Shown here piece after piece: positions 16,268 through 29,173 of a stretch of DNA of 64,000 nucleotides. The DNA comes from Octopus vulgaris (lineage: Eukaryota). Within the stretch, counting starts at the first letter, position 1; every line of letters begins with the position of its first letter. A program made the position numbers and the translations under genes. A model generated the notes under the pieces. The model searched no databases. It had not been told where the DNA came from and was given only the letters and a program-made list of their open reading frames with translations. Where the stretch lies: assembly GCA_951406725.2 (NCBI GenBank), contig OX597823.1, forward strand, positions 89,280,001-89,344,000, given 5' to 3'.

Positions 16268-16652
16268 CATGATATTGTATCTCTGAAGGGTATGTAGGAA
16301 TTATTTAATTATAAAGATTTAGAAATAGAGATAACTTGAATGTGGGGTCTTAAAGACAGTAACAACGCCAATCAGAGGTATTTTGGAAATGCTAAATAAC
16401 GTGTACACAAATGTACAACCAAAACACCAGGACTTACAAATGTGCAAAGCATACAAGCAATGGCACTACAACCAGGATTCGCATACATATTACATCGAGA
16501 ATTTTTTTTTAATTCAAATCAAAACACTGCACGAACCCAAGCCACATACCGTTACAATCGGTAGTGCATTGAAAGCAATAAAAATAAGATTGAGTAATAA
16601 CATCTACTACTACTACTGCAACAACAACAGCAACGACAACAACAACAATAAA

Positions 16653-16727
<75 letters not shown>
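16268..16727 (+). mobile_element. 3' relic of an R4/Dong-type (RLE) non-LTR retrotransposon ending in (AAC)n/(AAT)n
   Basis: DIVSLKGM*ELFNYKDLEIEIT*MWGLK matches the RLE-region motif 'EKLSKYKDLEIEI.RMW.LK'; TAA-repeat tail is typical of Dong. Confidence 0.7.
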
Positions 16728-16732
<5 letters not shown>

Positions 16733-18985
16733 GAAATTATGTGGTGTCGCTTCTTTTAAGTAGAATTCCATTTGAATATATTGCTTGCTAAAGATTAACA
16801 GAAGCCACTTCTGAACAAGCCAAAACATTTTGATTCAAGATGGAAGCCGAAAGCAATAGAAATCAATCAATCAGAGATCTTATCATTCATATCAGAATAT
16901 TCAAAATGAAAAAGAAAAGGGATAAAAACATAATAAAATTTCAACCTTCTAGATAATTCTTCATCCTTCAGAAGAATGCTGCAACTGCAATCTTTTAAAG
17001 AATATAATTGTTTTTCACAAATACATTCGTCTTTCGAGATGCAGTGAAAGACGAAAAGAAAATTAAATGAAGTGTGTTTGTGTGTCACGCACAGTAGAAA
17101 TATTTAATATTTATAATACAACCCTTCCTACCTTTATTGGAAAATTTGTGATGTGAAGCTAGATTTTAGCAAAATGGGTGGTAGACCTAATCCGTCGCCC
17201 GTTTACTGCTTTGTATCCACCGTTTACTGCTTCGTATCATAAACATCGGTCTCTCTATTACAAGTATTCGAGCCAAGTTTCCAGTCAGGAGATAATTCCT
17301 TATCTTTATACGCTACTTCCTTTTGCAGCAGACACAAGAATCGTGATTTCTTCTTCCATTTCCATCTACCAGTTTCGTTGACCCCATGAATAATCCTGAG
17401 CACTGTCCTTCCTCCGCTGAACAAGTCATTAAAAGAAGTAATTTTTGAAATCACACCAAGCCATTGAGCTTATATTAATCTCTGGTTTCTCAAGTGTTAG
17501 ACTGATACAGGATAAATCTCTCCTCGTCGATAGAGCAATGGTGTATTGCATAAAATATTCTTTCTTACACCCCACTGGAGGAATTATGTTTATAATTGCA
17601 TGAGAATAAAATGTTATTCAATTCCACATTTCTGCTTCAGCTTAAATCAGGGAATTAAGCAGGCTGACGGTATGTAATTAGATATATGTGGACTTGCTAT
17701 TGAAAATTCAGTATTATTGTTGTGGACGTTGTAATTTCCTCCTATTTCATTACACTCTTTATCCCTTCTGCTCACAAAGCACAATCACAGTATGTGTCCG
17801 CCATACAAATACCCGCTATCCTTTACTCATCTTATTTCCTCTATTTATGTCTTTCTCTTTCACCTCCTGATACTTCCCTCTTCTTTTCTCCCTTCTCTGT
17901 CCCTCTATATCATCCATGGCGTTGTAATGAACAAATATATACAACTGACCTACTATATATTTGTGTTGCCATTCAGAAGCCGTGAAGAAAGAAGTAGAAG
18001 AATCAAACGATATAAATGTTTTCATCAATTGTCTATTGATGCCTTTCTCATTGATATTTTTCTTGATGAATCGTATTTAAATATACACAATCTCATATGT
18101 TAGTCTTACAAATTTCGATTTTGTGAATTCTGTGAAATATTTTCTACCAATTTCATTTTGTAGAAATGTTATAGTTATTACTAACATTTATGTTATTATT
18201 GTCGTTTTTGATGATGATATTTTTAATGTGACCGGTATGATTAACCACAAGAAATAAACAGGATGCAACAGAAAACCGAACAAAGTACGGTTAATCACGA
18301 TATGTGGTGGAGATTGGAAAAAATATTGATATTAAGCCTATGTGGGTGAGTCAGGAGGAAAGAGTAAAGAAAGAAAGAAAGAAACAACCAAACAAACGGA
18401 AGAGAAAAATGAATAAGAAAGAAAGAAAGAAAGAAAGAAAAAAGAAAAGAAAGAAAAAAGAAAGAAAAGAAAGAAAGAAAAAGAAAGAAAGAAAGAAAAA
18501 GGAAAGAGATTTTAAAGTAAAAACAGTTGAGACGACTAGATTGTACTTGAGCAAAATAAAGCTGCATTGAAACAAGTCTTTGATGTCAGGTCGTATCTCA
18601 TAGACTTGTGTTGGCTTCATTACTCAATGATAGAGATAGATCTTTTGATTAATTTTTCAATTTCGCTGCATTTTTTTTTCTCCAAAGTTAAGAGTGAATG
18701 AAGCAAGACGCGTGACTTACTTGACACAGCGATTATTTTGGAATTCATGTGGGAAGCCGAAATGTCGTCGTTGAAAAAGATGTATCGAACATCAGAAATT
18801 TGCTTAATAAGTAGATTGATTGATATTACGGGACTTGGAAAAGAGAGAAGTTGTGAGTGAGACAGGGAGAGGACGAGACATAGAGAGAGAAAGACAGAGA
18901 AAGAGACAGAGAGAGACAGTGAGAAAGAAAGAGAGTAAAACCTCAATGGTGGTTTAAAATTGTGAAGCGGTATCAGTTCGTTTAT

Positions 18986-19019
<34 letters not shown>

Positions 19020-19366
19020 CGTATACACATACATACATACATACATACATATATACATAGGAATGTATGTATGTATAAACATATACAAATATGTATATGT
19101 ATATATACTAATGTGTATATATACACTCATACAAACATATTTATGCATGCATGAATGTATGTACTTATTCTTGTATGTAAGTATGAATGTATGGATATAT
19201 ATAGTGTGTTACCGAAGATAAAAAATGTTTTCAAAACCTGAAATGTTCCACGTAACCGATTTTCAAATAATAATGAACTTCTGAAACAATACGACGGTTT
19301 ATAAATATTACATGTATAAATACATAGGCGCGGGGATACACACACACACACACACACATATTATCA

Positions 19367-19721
19367 CGGCACTCCGTCGGTTAGGACAACAAGGGTTCCA
19401 GTTGACCTAATCAACGGATTAGCCTGCTCATGAAATTAACGTGTAAGTGGTTGAGTACTCCACAGACACGTGTACCCTTAACGTAGTTTTCAGTGAGATT
19501 CAGCATGACAAGGCTGGCCCTTTAAAATACAGTTACAGCAGAAACAGGAAGAAAGAGTGAAAGTTGTGGTGAAAGAGTACAGCAGGGCTCACCACCACCC
19601 CTGCTGGAACCCCGTGGAGCTTTAAGAATTTTCGCTCAATAAACACTCACAACAAAAAATCGAAACCGCGATCCTATGACCACCAGTCCGCTACTCTAAA
19701 CCACTGGTCCATTACGCCTCC

Positions 19722-19723
<2 letters not shown>
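19367..19723 (-). mobile_element. tRNA-derived SINE, family B
   Basis: Minus-strand head GGAGGCGTAATGGACCAGTGGTTTAGAG...GGTTTCGATT; homologous to 37776-38156. Confidence 0.88.
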
Positions 19724-19762
<39 letters not shown>

Positions 19763-19890
19763 ACACATATACGTAATATTTATAAACCGTCGTATAGTTC
19801 CAAAAGTTCAATATATATTTCTATATGCACACACACACATATATATGTATATACACACACGCGCGCACACACACACTCACACACACACAC

Positions 19891-19935
<45 letters not shown>

Positions 19936-20430
19936 GCACATGTATATGTGTGTACAAATTAGTACAGCCAAGATAACCCAGATGCCAGCGAATATTGGTT
20001 ACCATGCCCTAGTTCGTAGGGTTTAGCATGGATGTGCTAATTAATATCTGTGGCAATGGATGCTTATGTCGCTAATAGCTAATTTTATATACAGCCCGCC
20101 AGTATTATTCTGTATCATTTTGACTGAGTTTCAGTGTGACATTGGACGCTTGGCTTCCTGCCGCAATGCGGTGAAATCACATGGTAAGATACTGTCATAC
20201 GCCGGTGCTGACTAGAATTAATCAACTGATAAAATTACGATCCTTTTTAGCTTTTGTGGTCTACACCAAATGATGTTTCGGAGAGTTTACCGCTGCCTAT
20301 GATGTTATAAACAATACATTCAGGTTAGCTTGGTAGTGCTAATTAATTTTGTTACAAAGGCTGCATATATCGCTAATGACGAATATATAGAATGTGCGTG
20401 TGTTTTTGTGAGTGTGTGTGTGTGTGTGTG

Positions 20431-20625
20431 TTATCTTTTATCTTTTATCCTTTACTAGTTTCAATAATTATATTATGGCCAAGCTGGGGCACGCCTTCCA
20501 GAACTTTTAGCCAAATAAATCGACGTCAGTACTTATGCTATTAGTCTTTTCTACCGAACTGCTACGTTATGGGGAAGGAAACACAAGAGCACTGCTTGAC
20601 AAGCGATGCTGGGAACAGACACACA
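20431..20625 (-). mobile_element. SINE family A, 3' portion
   Basis: TTTTCTACCGAACTGCTACGTTA...GCTTGACAAGCGATGCTGG; matches 49740-49930. Confidence 0.7.
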
Positions 20626-20723
20626 CACATACACAGGTCAAACATACACACACATACATACATACACACACACACAAACACACACGCAAGCACACACACA
20701 TGTATACACATACACACACGTAT

Positions 20724-20764
<41 letters not shown>

Positions 20765-20769
20765 AATAA

Positions 20770-21502
20770 CTAGCATTAAAGACCCGTCGTTGCTGGGTCA
20801 TAGTGCTAGTGGATGTATATATGTGTATATATATATGTGTACATATTACATGTACATCTATATATATACATCTACACATAAAATGCAAAATACAAAGTTA
20901 TATCTTGATATCGCTAGTGATAACAATACTCAAAATATATAACAGATTGGAATTGTTTAGCTCTTCTTTTTTCTCTACATTGTATACTTTATAGACAATA
21001 GTCTTTTCTTTAATTTAATTTTTTATTATCCATCTGGACTATTCCATTTCTGCACGCTAATTTTATTTTTAATTTATTCCCATTCATGTGAAACCACTTA
21101 TTCAAGTTCAAGTCATTGATGCAATTTTATACCAATTGCTATTTTTACTTTTGTATGTTACGATTATATTATACTTTAGTTTGATTTTAATTATTACTTA
21201 CTACATATAATTCAATTGCTATTATTATTTTTATTGTTAAAGTGAAAGCCTCTGACATAAAATAGAGAAATATTTTTGTTTCACTTTTAACACGTAATAC
21301 TGAAATAGTGGAGAAGATATGATATTGCTATGGGCTCGCTCTATGCAAGAAGTTGAACATTTATTTTTGCCGATGACACTCCCCAGACCCTAAGTAAGAC
21401 ATGTGTAAAATTTGAATGAAATTGGTTGTGTAGTTCTCAAGTTTTAGGGAAATACACAGACAGACAGACAGATACACATTCTCAGTTTTATATATATAAA
21501 GA
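20770..21502 (-). mobile_element. Non-autonomous Helitron, copy 1
   Basis: Minus strand A|TC start, (CTGT)n near 5' end, subterminal hairpin GACCCAGCAACGACGGGTC, CTAG|T end, no TSD; near-identical to 46249-47450. Confidence 0.88.
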
Positions 21503-21538
21503 TATATAGATATATGCACATACATGTATAAATATATA

Positions 21539-21742
21539 GTGAGAATTTACGAAAAAACAAAAGACAAAGGCAGGTGTGTAAACAACAAACATATGTATTA
21601 GTTTAACGCTCGGGAAGTGAGAAAGTCTTTTACTTTTCGAGCCTATGCTCTTCGACAGAAAGGAACACAGAAATAAACAAGGATAGAATAGAAAGTGTTT
21701 GGTGGCTAGCGATCTATCATGGCGAATCCCGGGCAGAGGAGC

Positions 21743-21745
<3 letters not shown>
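21539..21745 (-). mobile_element. ~200-bp hammerhead-like element (sibling of 11977-12176)
   Basis: Minus strand 21627-21662: CTTT-CTGTCGA-A-GAGC-ATAG-GCTC-GAAAA-GTA-AAAG. Confidence 0.7.
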
Positions 21746-21773
<28 letters not shown>

Positions 21774-22245
21774 GTTAGAAGAAATGAATTACTCAGAAAT
21801 CTGGATAGTTTTATATTTACTGATATTTATTAGTATGTTACGTTTTTATAACTCTTATATCATATATAGCGCTTTCGTCCACTCTAGTGGAGTTGTCAAA
21901 TTGAACTTTTGCAGGAATTTTGTCTCTTTTTATAGTATTATTGAGTGTGTAGGGGTGGGGAGAGATATAAGATAATACAAGAGAGTAAGAAATGGGGAGA
22001 AAGCGAGAGAGAGAGAGAGAGAGAGAGCGTGTGTGTGTGTATGTGTGTGTGTGTATGTGTGTGTGTGTGTGTATTTGTGTTTGTATCTGAATGAAGTGTT
22101 AAAGAAAAAGAAAGGAAAGGAAGAAGGAGAGAAAGAAGAAAAATTTTGTTAATATCTTTGCAGTTGGTCAGTCTTTCAATAGTAAATGATTCTTGGTTTT
22201 TAGAACTGGCAAACCCAGATGGTCACTCTAAGGTGGGAAAAATGT

Positions 22246-22349
22246 CACTATAGTAGAAGACACTTTCCCAAGGTGCCACACAGTGAGAATGAACCCGGGT
22301 CCATGTGGTTGGTAAGCAAGCTACTTACCACACAGCCACTCCTGCGCCT
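22246..22349 (-). mobile_element. SINE family A, tRNA head only
   Basis: CCATGTGGTTGGTAAGCAAGCTACTTACCACACAGCCACTCCTGCGCCT, nearly identical to 50090-50140. Confidence 0.85.
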
Positions 22350-22389
22350 ATATAAACTATTATATATTTATACTTTTATATATATATGA

Positions 22390-22668
22390 CTCTACGTCAT
22401 AAGGTGTGAAGGATGCCACGAAGACTACATAGGGCAAACGAGCCTTACCCTCAGAGAAAGAATGACAGTTCACCGACAACAACTGAGGGACCCCTCCACA
22501 AGACAGATACCACTGAGTGGACACTTAGACCTTTGTGCACACAATAAGTCCCCCAAATTCTTAGTCTTCCCACTATACCAATGCTCGGACAACACCACAG
22601 ACCAAACACGAATAAATAAGGAAAGTAATCTTATTCAAAAATACAGACCACAACTAAACATACTCTAA
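22390..22668 (+). pseudogene. GIY-YIG endonuclease domain of a Penelope-like element (5'-truncated)
   Basis: Open frame LYVIRCEGCHEDYIGQTSLTLRERMTVHRQQ...SGHLDLC...KESNLIQKYRPQLN*: YxIxCxxC-YIGQT-LxxR-H and terminal PxLN motifs. Confidence 0.85.
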
Positions 22669-22759
22669 CATACCCCCTGGAAACACATCCAGAGCAAGCA
22701 CACAGGGACGCGCGCACGCTCACAGCATATCGTGCGGGCGGGCACATGCGCGCATCGGC

Positions 22760-23192
22760 ACGCATAGGACACACTAGCGGGCATTGACCGCACACATACG
22801 TGGCATGCACACGCATGCATAATATATATGTAGGTGATGTATGTGTGTGAGTGTTGTGTGTGTGTGTGTGTGCGTGTGTGTGTGTGTGTGTGTGCACGTT
22901 GTGTGTGTGTGTGTGCGCGGGTGTATTTATACATGTGTGTGTGTGTGTGCACTGTGTGCGTGTGTGTGTATATGTGTGTGTGCGCGCGCGTTGTGTGTGT
23001 GCGCGCGCGTTGTGTGTGTGTGTGTGCACGTGTGTATATATGTGTGTGTGTGCACGTGTGTATATATGTGTGTGTGTGTGCACGTGTGTATATATGTGTG
23101 TGTGTGTGCACTGTGTGCAGGTGTGTGTGTATGTGTGTGTGTGTGTGTGTGTGAGCATTGTGTACGTGTGTATGTATTTACATGTGTATTTG

Positions 23193-23239
<47 letters not shown>

Positions 23240-24252
23240 TGTGTGTGTATATGCATGGTATGTGTGTATATGTTAGTACTTTGTTGTGTGTGTGTGTGCG
23301 GTATGTAGAGATATATTTGAGTGTGTACGCTATAGGTTTGTAATTTGTGTGTGGGGGGGTGAATTTTTTATATATATATATGTGTGTGTATGTGTGTGAA
23401 AAAATATATGTATGTGCATGTATGTATGTGTGTATGTGTGTATATATATGTATATATATGTATATATATATGTGTGTGTGTGTATGTGTGTGTGTGTATA
23501 TTTATTTGCATGTTTATGTGTGTATAAACATGTACATTATTTGCATGCGCATTGTGTATATGTATATTGTATGTATGTGTATTGGATATGTATGTGTACA
23601 ATTAAGTGTATATATGTGTGTGTATGTGTGCATTGTATATATGTATATTGTAGGTGTGCTATATATGCATGAATACATGTATATGCATTGCGTGTATATA
23701 TATGTATGCATTGTGTATGTATGTTATGTGTGTGTGTGTGTATATATATATTATATGTGTGCGTACGTGTATGTGTATGCATTGTATGTATGTGTGTTGT
23801 GTGTATATGTGGTACATCTATGTATGTGTATGTAAACACTATTTATATGTATATATGTATATATGTATATGCATTGTCTATATATATATATATTATATGT
23901 ATGTATTGCGTATGTATATTGCATGCATATATTGTGTATGTGTATTATTTACATGCTGTATGTGTGTATTGTATGTGTATATATATGCTAGGTGTATTTG
24001 TGTGATATTTATATTATGTATGTATGTGTGCGTGTGTTGTGTGTGTGTGTGTGTGTGTGTGTTGTGTGTGTATATGTGTGTTATATATCTGTGTATATTA
24101 TATATAGATACATGTTATATTTGTGTGCTGTGTGTATATGTGATATATGTGGGTGCGTTGTGTGTGGGTGTGTGTGTTCTGTGTGTGTGTGTGTGTTGTT
24201 TGTATGTGGTGTGTGTTTGTATACTATGTATGTGTGTGTGTGTGTGTGTTGT

Positions 24253-24286
<34 letters not shown>

Positions 24287-24290
24287 TGTG
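22760..24290. repeat. 1.5-kb degenerate (TG)/(TA) compound microsatellite
   Basis: Almost only alternating purine/pyrimidine, with short higher-order units such as GTGTGCACGTGTGTATATAT. Confidence 0.9.
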
Positions 24291-24716
24291 TGACAAACAG
24301 ACGCTATCTGACCAGCAGGCACGGACACATCTATTCACACCCGCATACTAACCTCCTGATAACCCCAAAATCATTCATGCATAAAGGGGAAGTATACACC
24401 ACATTGGCTACTTCTTCTTTTCTCTCAGTTCAGCCTTTCTGCTAATACCGACAGGTCAGTAAAAACATATTCTCGCCATGAACTTAAAATATTCTGAGAT
24501 GTATAAAAAATCCATTTTAATTTTTGCTGTCAAAAGGCTGTATACATATACCAAAGACTGTATATATATACATGTAATGTGACAATTTGCGACAACCAAT
24601 AATTAACGCAACCAATTCCCAATAATATATTTGTTTTATCCTTTTCTGCCAAATTTTCCCAAATATTCTCATCACACTATTGAACTTCTCTGTTACCAAA
24701 CACTATATTTATACAT

Positions 24717-24858
24717 GTAATGTGACAATTATGTATAAAAAAACATTTTTGAATTCATAATATCCAATGTGACAATTATGTAAAAAACTTTTTTGAATGC
24801 ATAATATTCAATGTGACAATTATGTAAAAAACTTTTTTTGAACCCATATTATTCAATG
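24717..24858. repeat. ~44-bp minisatellite, 3 copies
   Basis: AATGTGACAATTATGTAAAAAACTTTTTTGAATxCATAATATTC repeated three times. Confidence 0.85.
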
Positions 24859-24981
24859 TTTCCTTAAATGTTACTTTTGACAATCTTTTACCAAAGAGTG
24901 AAACCGGTTAAGTAAATAAACATCGTTTAAATTGCATTTTCAAACCTTTTTTCTTATATATATATATATATATATATATAT

Positions 24982-25172
24982 ACCGCGTGTGTACAGCTGG
25001 CAATTTTTTTCCCCCGTCTTCCCTTCTTTGGATCTTTCCTTTTCCTATGTTTCTGACGAAGAGCTCCGCTCGAAACGTTAAACCCTCCTTCTTTCCTTCT
25101 TTCCTGGGCGTCCAATAACACTATACTTGTTCCACGTCCTCGCGTTGTTGTGTTTTCATGTTTGGATTAACT
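24982..25172 (+). mobile_element. ~190-bp element in (TA)n containing a minimal type-I hammerhead ribozyme
   Basis: 25049-25083: GTTT-CTGACGA-A-GAGC-TCC-GCTC-GAAAC-GTT-AAAC; (TA)n on both sides. Confidence 0.75.
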
Positions 25173-25419
25173 TTATATATATATATATATATATATATAC
25201 AATTGAGTATTTATACACGAAAGAGGTGACCATTGACAGGACACCTTACATCCTAGAAAGGGCAATCAAAACCCAAACCACGAATAAAAGCAATTTCAAA
25301 GAGAATGAAAATATACAATATTTGTTATGGTTAACCCTACATTCGAGTTTCTGTATTAATGAGCAAATAAATTAATTTGTCATTTGTACTTCATCAGTGA
25401 GGTCGCTAAAATTGATAAT

Positions 25420-25635
25420 ATAATTTTACAGCTAATACGTACCGAAAACACATGTTAGAAAGTTAACTTAGGGATACAACGATATTAATGATGAGGCTAA
25501 ATGTAGTAAAATCGGTGATAGATTAGAATGATTAACCAAAAGGGGAACGTTTATTACTTTAAAAGACCATGAGCCTAATTTTCATCATAAACTTACATGT
25601 AGGTTGTTACACCCAACGAGATCTGAAATTGGACT
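25420..25635 (+). pseudogene. Penelope-like RT N-terminal relic
   Basis: INDEAK...FITLKDHEPNFHHKLTCRLLHPTRSEIG matches the PLE motif 'FITLKDHKxNF...CRLINPxKSEIG'. Confidence 0.7.
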
Positions 25636-25695
25636 ACTATATTTACATGTAACCAGTATCACATAAAAACATATATTGTATTAATTAAATCATAA

Positions 25696-25739
<44 letters not shown>

Positions 25740-25803
25740 TGTACATACATATATGTACATATGAATATGTTGCGCACGCTTGTGTGTGTGTAACTCATAC
25801 ATA

Positions 25804-26710
25804 TGGGGTGGTATCAAAAGGTTCCTGGATTAATTATTTTTATTAAAAATAATTTATTTAACTAAATTTTAACTCATCTCCTTCAAAATAGTCACCTTGC
25901 GCAGCAATACACCGGTCACAGCGTTCCTACCACAGTTGGGATCCGCTTGGCAGTCATTTTCCGTAAGCGAGTCGAGGGCCTTCTGCGATTCGCTCAGGAT
26001 GTCGACAACTGTATTGAGATAGACGATCTTTGAGCTCCATTTTCATCTTGAAGAAGAGATAGAGAAGAAATGGAAGGGATGGAGAAGAGATGGAAGTGCT
26101 AAACCTAACGGATAAGGTGGGTGCAGAAGCGATACCATGTTGTTTTTGGCGAGAAACCCACAAGTGAGACGAGTTGGTGAAGAATCTAATTCTTACTGTT
26201 CTACAGATCTTGTCGCTTTCGCCGAATGTCCTCCCTTAAACGCTTCAAAACGTGGCAGTAGAACTCTCGATTGACAGTATGGCCCTGGTGGACGAATTCT
26301 CGATGTACAAATACCACATTTCCAAGGAAGACATCCCCCGCCGTAACAGTTCCCTCAGATCGCTCAACGTCTTTCAGAGACGTTCCACCACTCGAAACAT
26401 AGGGGTACAATTCATTGCCTCTTCACTTGAAGCTTGCTGAAGCATGCTCAATGTTTCTGTAGCAGACTTCCCAAGTACAACAAAAAGCTTCACGTGGACA
26501 CTTTGTTCCAGTCCATGTCAAAATCGCTGACAACAGCATACATGTGATCATAAAAACACAAATTTCAGAACTTGCGAAGTAAACACAGCGATGTCATTCG
26601 GCACACTGCCTCATGAAGGTCACTGCTAGCTCCCACTGCGCACGCAAACGTATGCTGTCATCTGTTGGCGCGCTACAGAACTAGTCCGAGAACCTTTTGA
26701 TACCACGTCG
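25804..26710 (-). mobile_element. Internally deleted mariner transposon
   Basis: TIRs GTGGTATCAAAAGGTTC / GAACCTTTTGATACCAC; minus-strand LGKSATETLSMLQQA, VHREFVHQGHTVNREFYCHVLKRLREDIRRKR, ERCDRCIAAQGDYFEGD. Confidence 0.88.
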
Positions 26711-26920
26711 TGTGTGTGTGTGTGTGTGTGTGTAACATCTAGACAGTGATGGTGATTTTAAGGATAAATATCACAACCCCGTTGATCATCTTTGGTTTTG
26801 AAAGATTCAAAGAATAAATTTCTAGTCATAATTTTTCTTCCCTTTTGTTTTTGCGTAGCGTCCAAGTGAAACAGACGTGTGCATGTGTTTGTATAGATAG
26901 ACATACATACATACATACAT

Positions 26921-27170
<250 letters not shown>

Positions 27171-27186
27171 CATATATATATATGTG

Positions 27187-27242
<56 letters not shown>

Positions 27243-27883
27243 AGTTCACTTGAACGTCACACACCAGTACCAGAAAAAAACGAACTAAGACAAAAGATAT
27301 TGATTTTTCAGTTTCCTCAAAAGATTTCAACAAAGAAGAATGATCAAACGGTAAATATACTTACATCATTTTTCTATTGATGTCTATCCTAGGTTCATGA
27401 GCGTCTCTCTACTATAAAGCTCCTGGCGTGTTTTAAGCGACAGAAATTTTATTCGAACAGTAGAAAACTCTGAACGTATTGTCACTATCACTTTTAAGAC
27501 AGTTATTTCTGATTGATATATAAAATGGCTGATACGTTCTTTTGTACGTTTCTGGTTAATTTATATAGGAAATGCGTTATGGTAAACTAAATATTTGCGT
27601 GGTTAAATTACTGTCTCTAGGCTAATAGCAGATGATGGCGTAAATATCCAGAGAAAATAGAAAATTTAGATGTCTTGTAAGATAACTTGCCGTGCATGTA
27701 CTGCAATTCAATGCATTGTAAATTTGAGGCCCATCCGTATCTTGTGTTTAATTCATATAGTTAAGAAAACATATCCCCCAACGACTTGTTCAGTGGTTGT
27801 GCGATCCTAGTGATTAAATATTTCGCACAAATAATGAACTGAATCACTTCTTTTGTCTATGTGCATGAAACTTTTATACAGAC

Positions 27884-27936
<53 letters not shown>

Positions 27937-28029
27937 CATAGATAGATAGATAGATAGATAGATTCATGCACACATCCACACAGTCACACGTACATACACA
28001 CAGAAACACACATACATATACACACAGAG

Positions 28030-28093
<64 letters not shown>

Positions 28094-28259
28094 ATTGTCG
28101 TCATTTCTTTCTCTTTTGCCTGCGTTGTTTGCCTTTTAAGTGCTGTGGTTTTACTGAGATCTCTCTTTTAAGTAGAAAGAATAGCCATAACTATTTGACT
28201 GCTATTTCTAAATTCGGTGTGTGGTGAGGCAAATCGTTGCTAAACCCTTAATTACTTAG

Positions 28260-28297
<38 letters not shown>

Positions 28298-29047
28298 AGT
28301 TAGGTAAACCCCAGCTGTTTTCTCTTGCAGTACATCTGATAATTCCAATATGACAAGCAATATGTATCCATAGTTGGTGTTGTATGAGTCAAAATACATA
28401 TTAGAATTGAGAATTATGGAGAAACTATTTGCCGAGTTAATTCATAATAAAATAGGAAAATGGCATTATTTATTCTCCATTGCACGTGCTTCATTTGCTA
28501 ATAGGATTCACAAAGATTTATATGTTAGATAAACTTGTAAAGAATTTCCTAGTAGAAACTCTTCAGATAAAAAAATATATTATAATTATTATAATTATAA
28601 TTATAATAATCATTATTCTCAGCGAGAATTGTTTTTCTTCCTTCTTGTATAAGCTGCTTTAGTACCTAATTAATCGTATCTGTAGCTACCATTTCAAATG
28701 TTGTTTTGTTAGTATGTTGTCAAACATAATCGTAGTTCCATTTGCCAATATCCAGGCCATTCTATTTTTGCAGTAGTCGCCTTCATTAATGCTTCTCTCT
28801 ATATCATTTTCATCTCCTGCTTAAGTTTCAATGTTCTAAAGAAAACTGCACCCTGTTTTTCTTTGGTCAATTTAATAGTTGTTTTCTCTCTATTTGTACC
28901 ATCTTCCATTACTTTTTTATTTGTTTATCGCTTAGCAATTAACCTGTATGTACCCACTGAATACGTCTCAAATATATATATATCGTTTGTTAAAAAAAAA
29001 CACAAATCCTAAAGGAGTACACTCTAAGATATAGAGCAGTATATATT

Positions 29048-29173
29048 AAAAATGGGGAAGGCCGGTATGTGGGATTACATTAGGTTTTCCGTCCATAAAG
29101 GATACGCCATAAAGCTAAACCCTTTATGGACGGGAAACCTAAGGTAATCCTATAAATTGGCCTTCTCCATTTT
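29048..29173. mobile_element. 126-bp palindromic MITE-like element
   Basis: AAAATGGGGAAGGCC...GGATTACATTAGGTTTTCCGTCCATAAAGG pairs with CCTTTATGGACGGGAAACCTAAGGTAATCC...GGCCTTCTCCATTTT; TA-rich flanks. Confidence 0.7.

Noticed and set aside
22631-24445. Long Cys-rich ORFs (up to 263 aa), metallothionein-like
   Set aside because: Products of a degenerate (TG/TA) tract, open in several frames on both strands.
28620-28960. Possible second R4/Dong relic on the minus strand next to (ATT)n
   Set aside because: Only vague peptide resemblance; needs TBLASTN.
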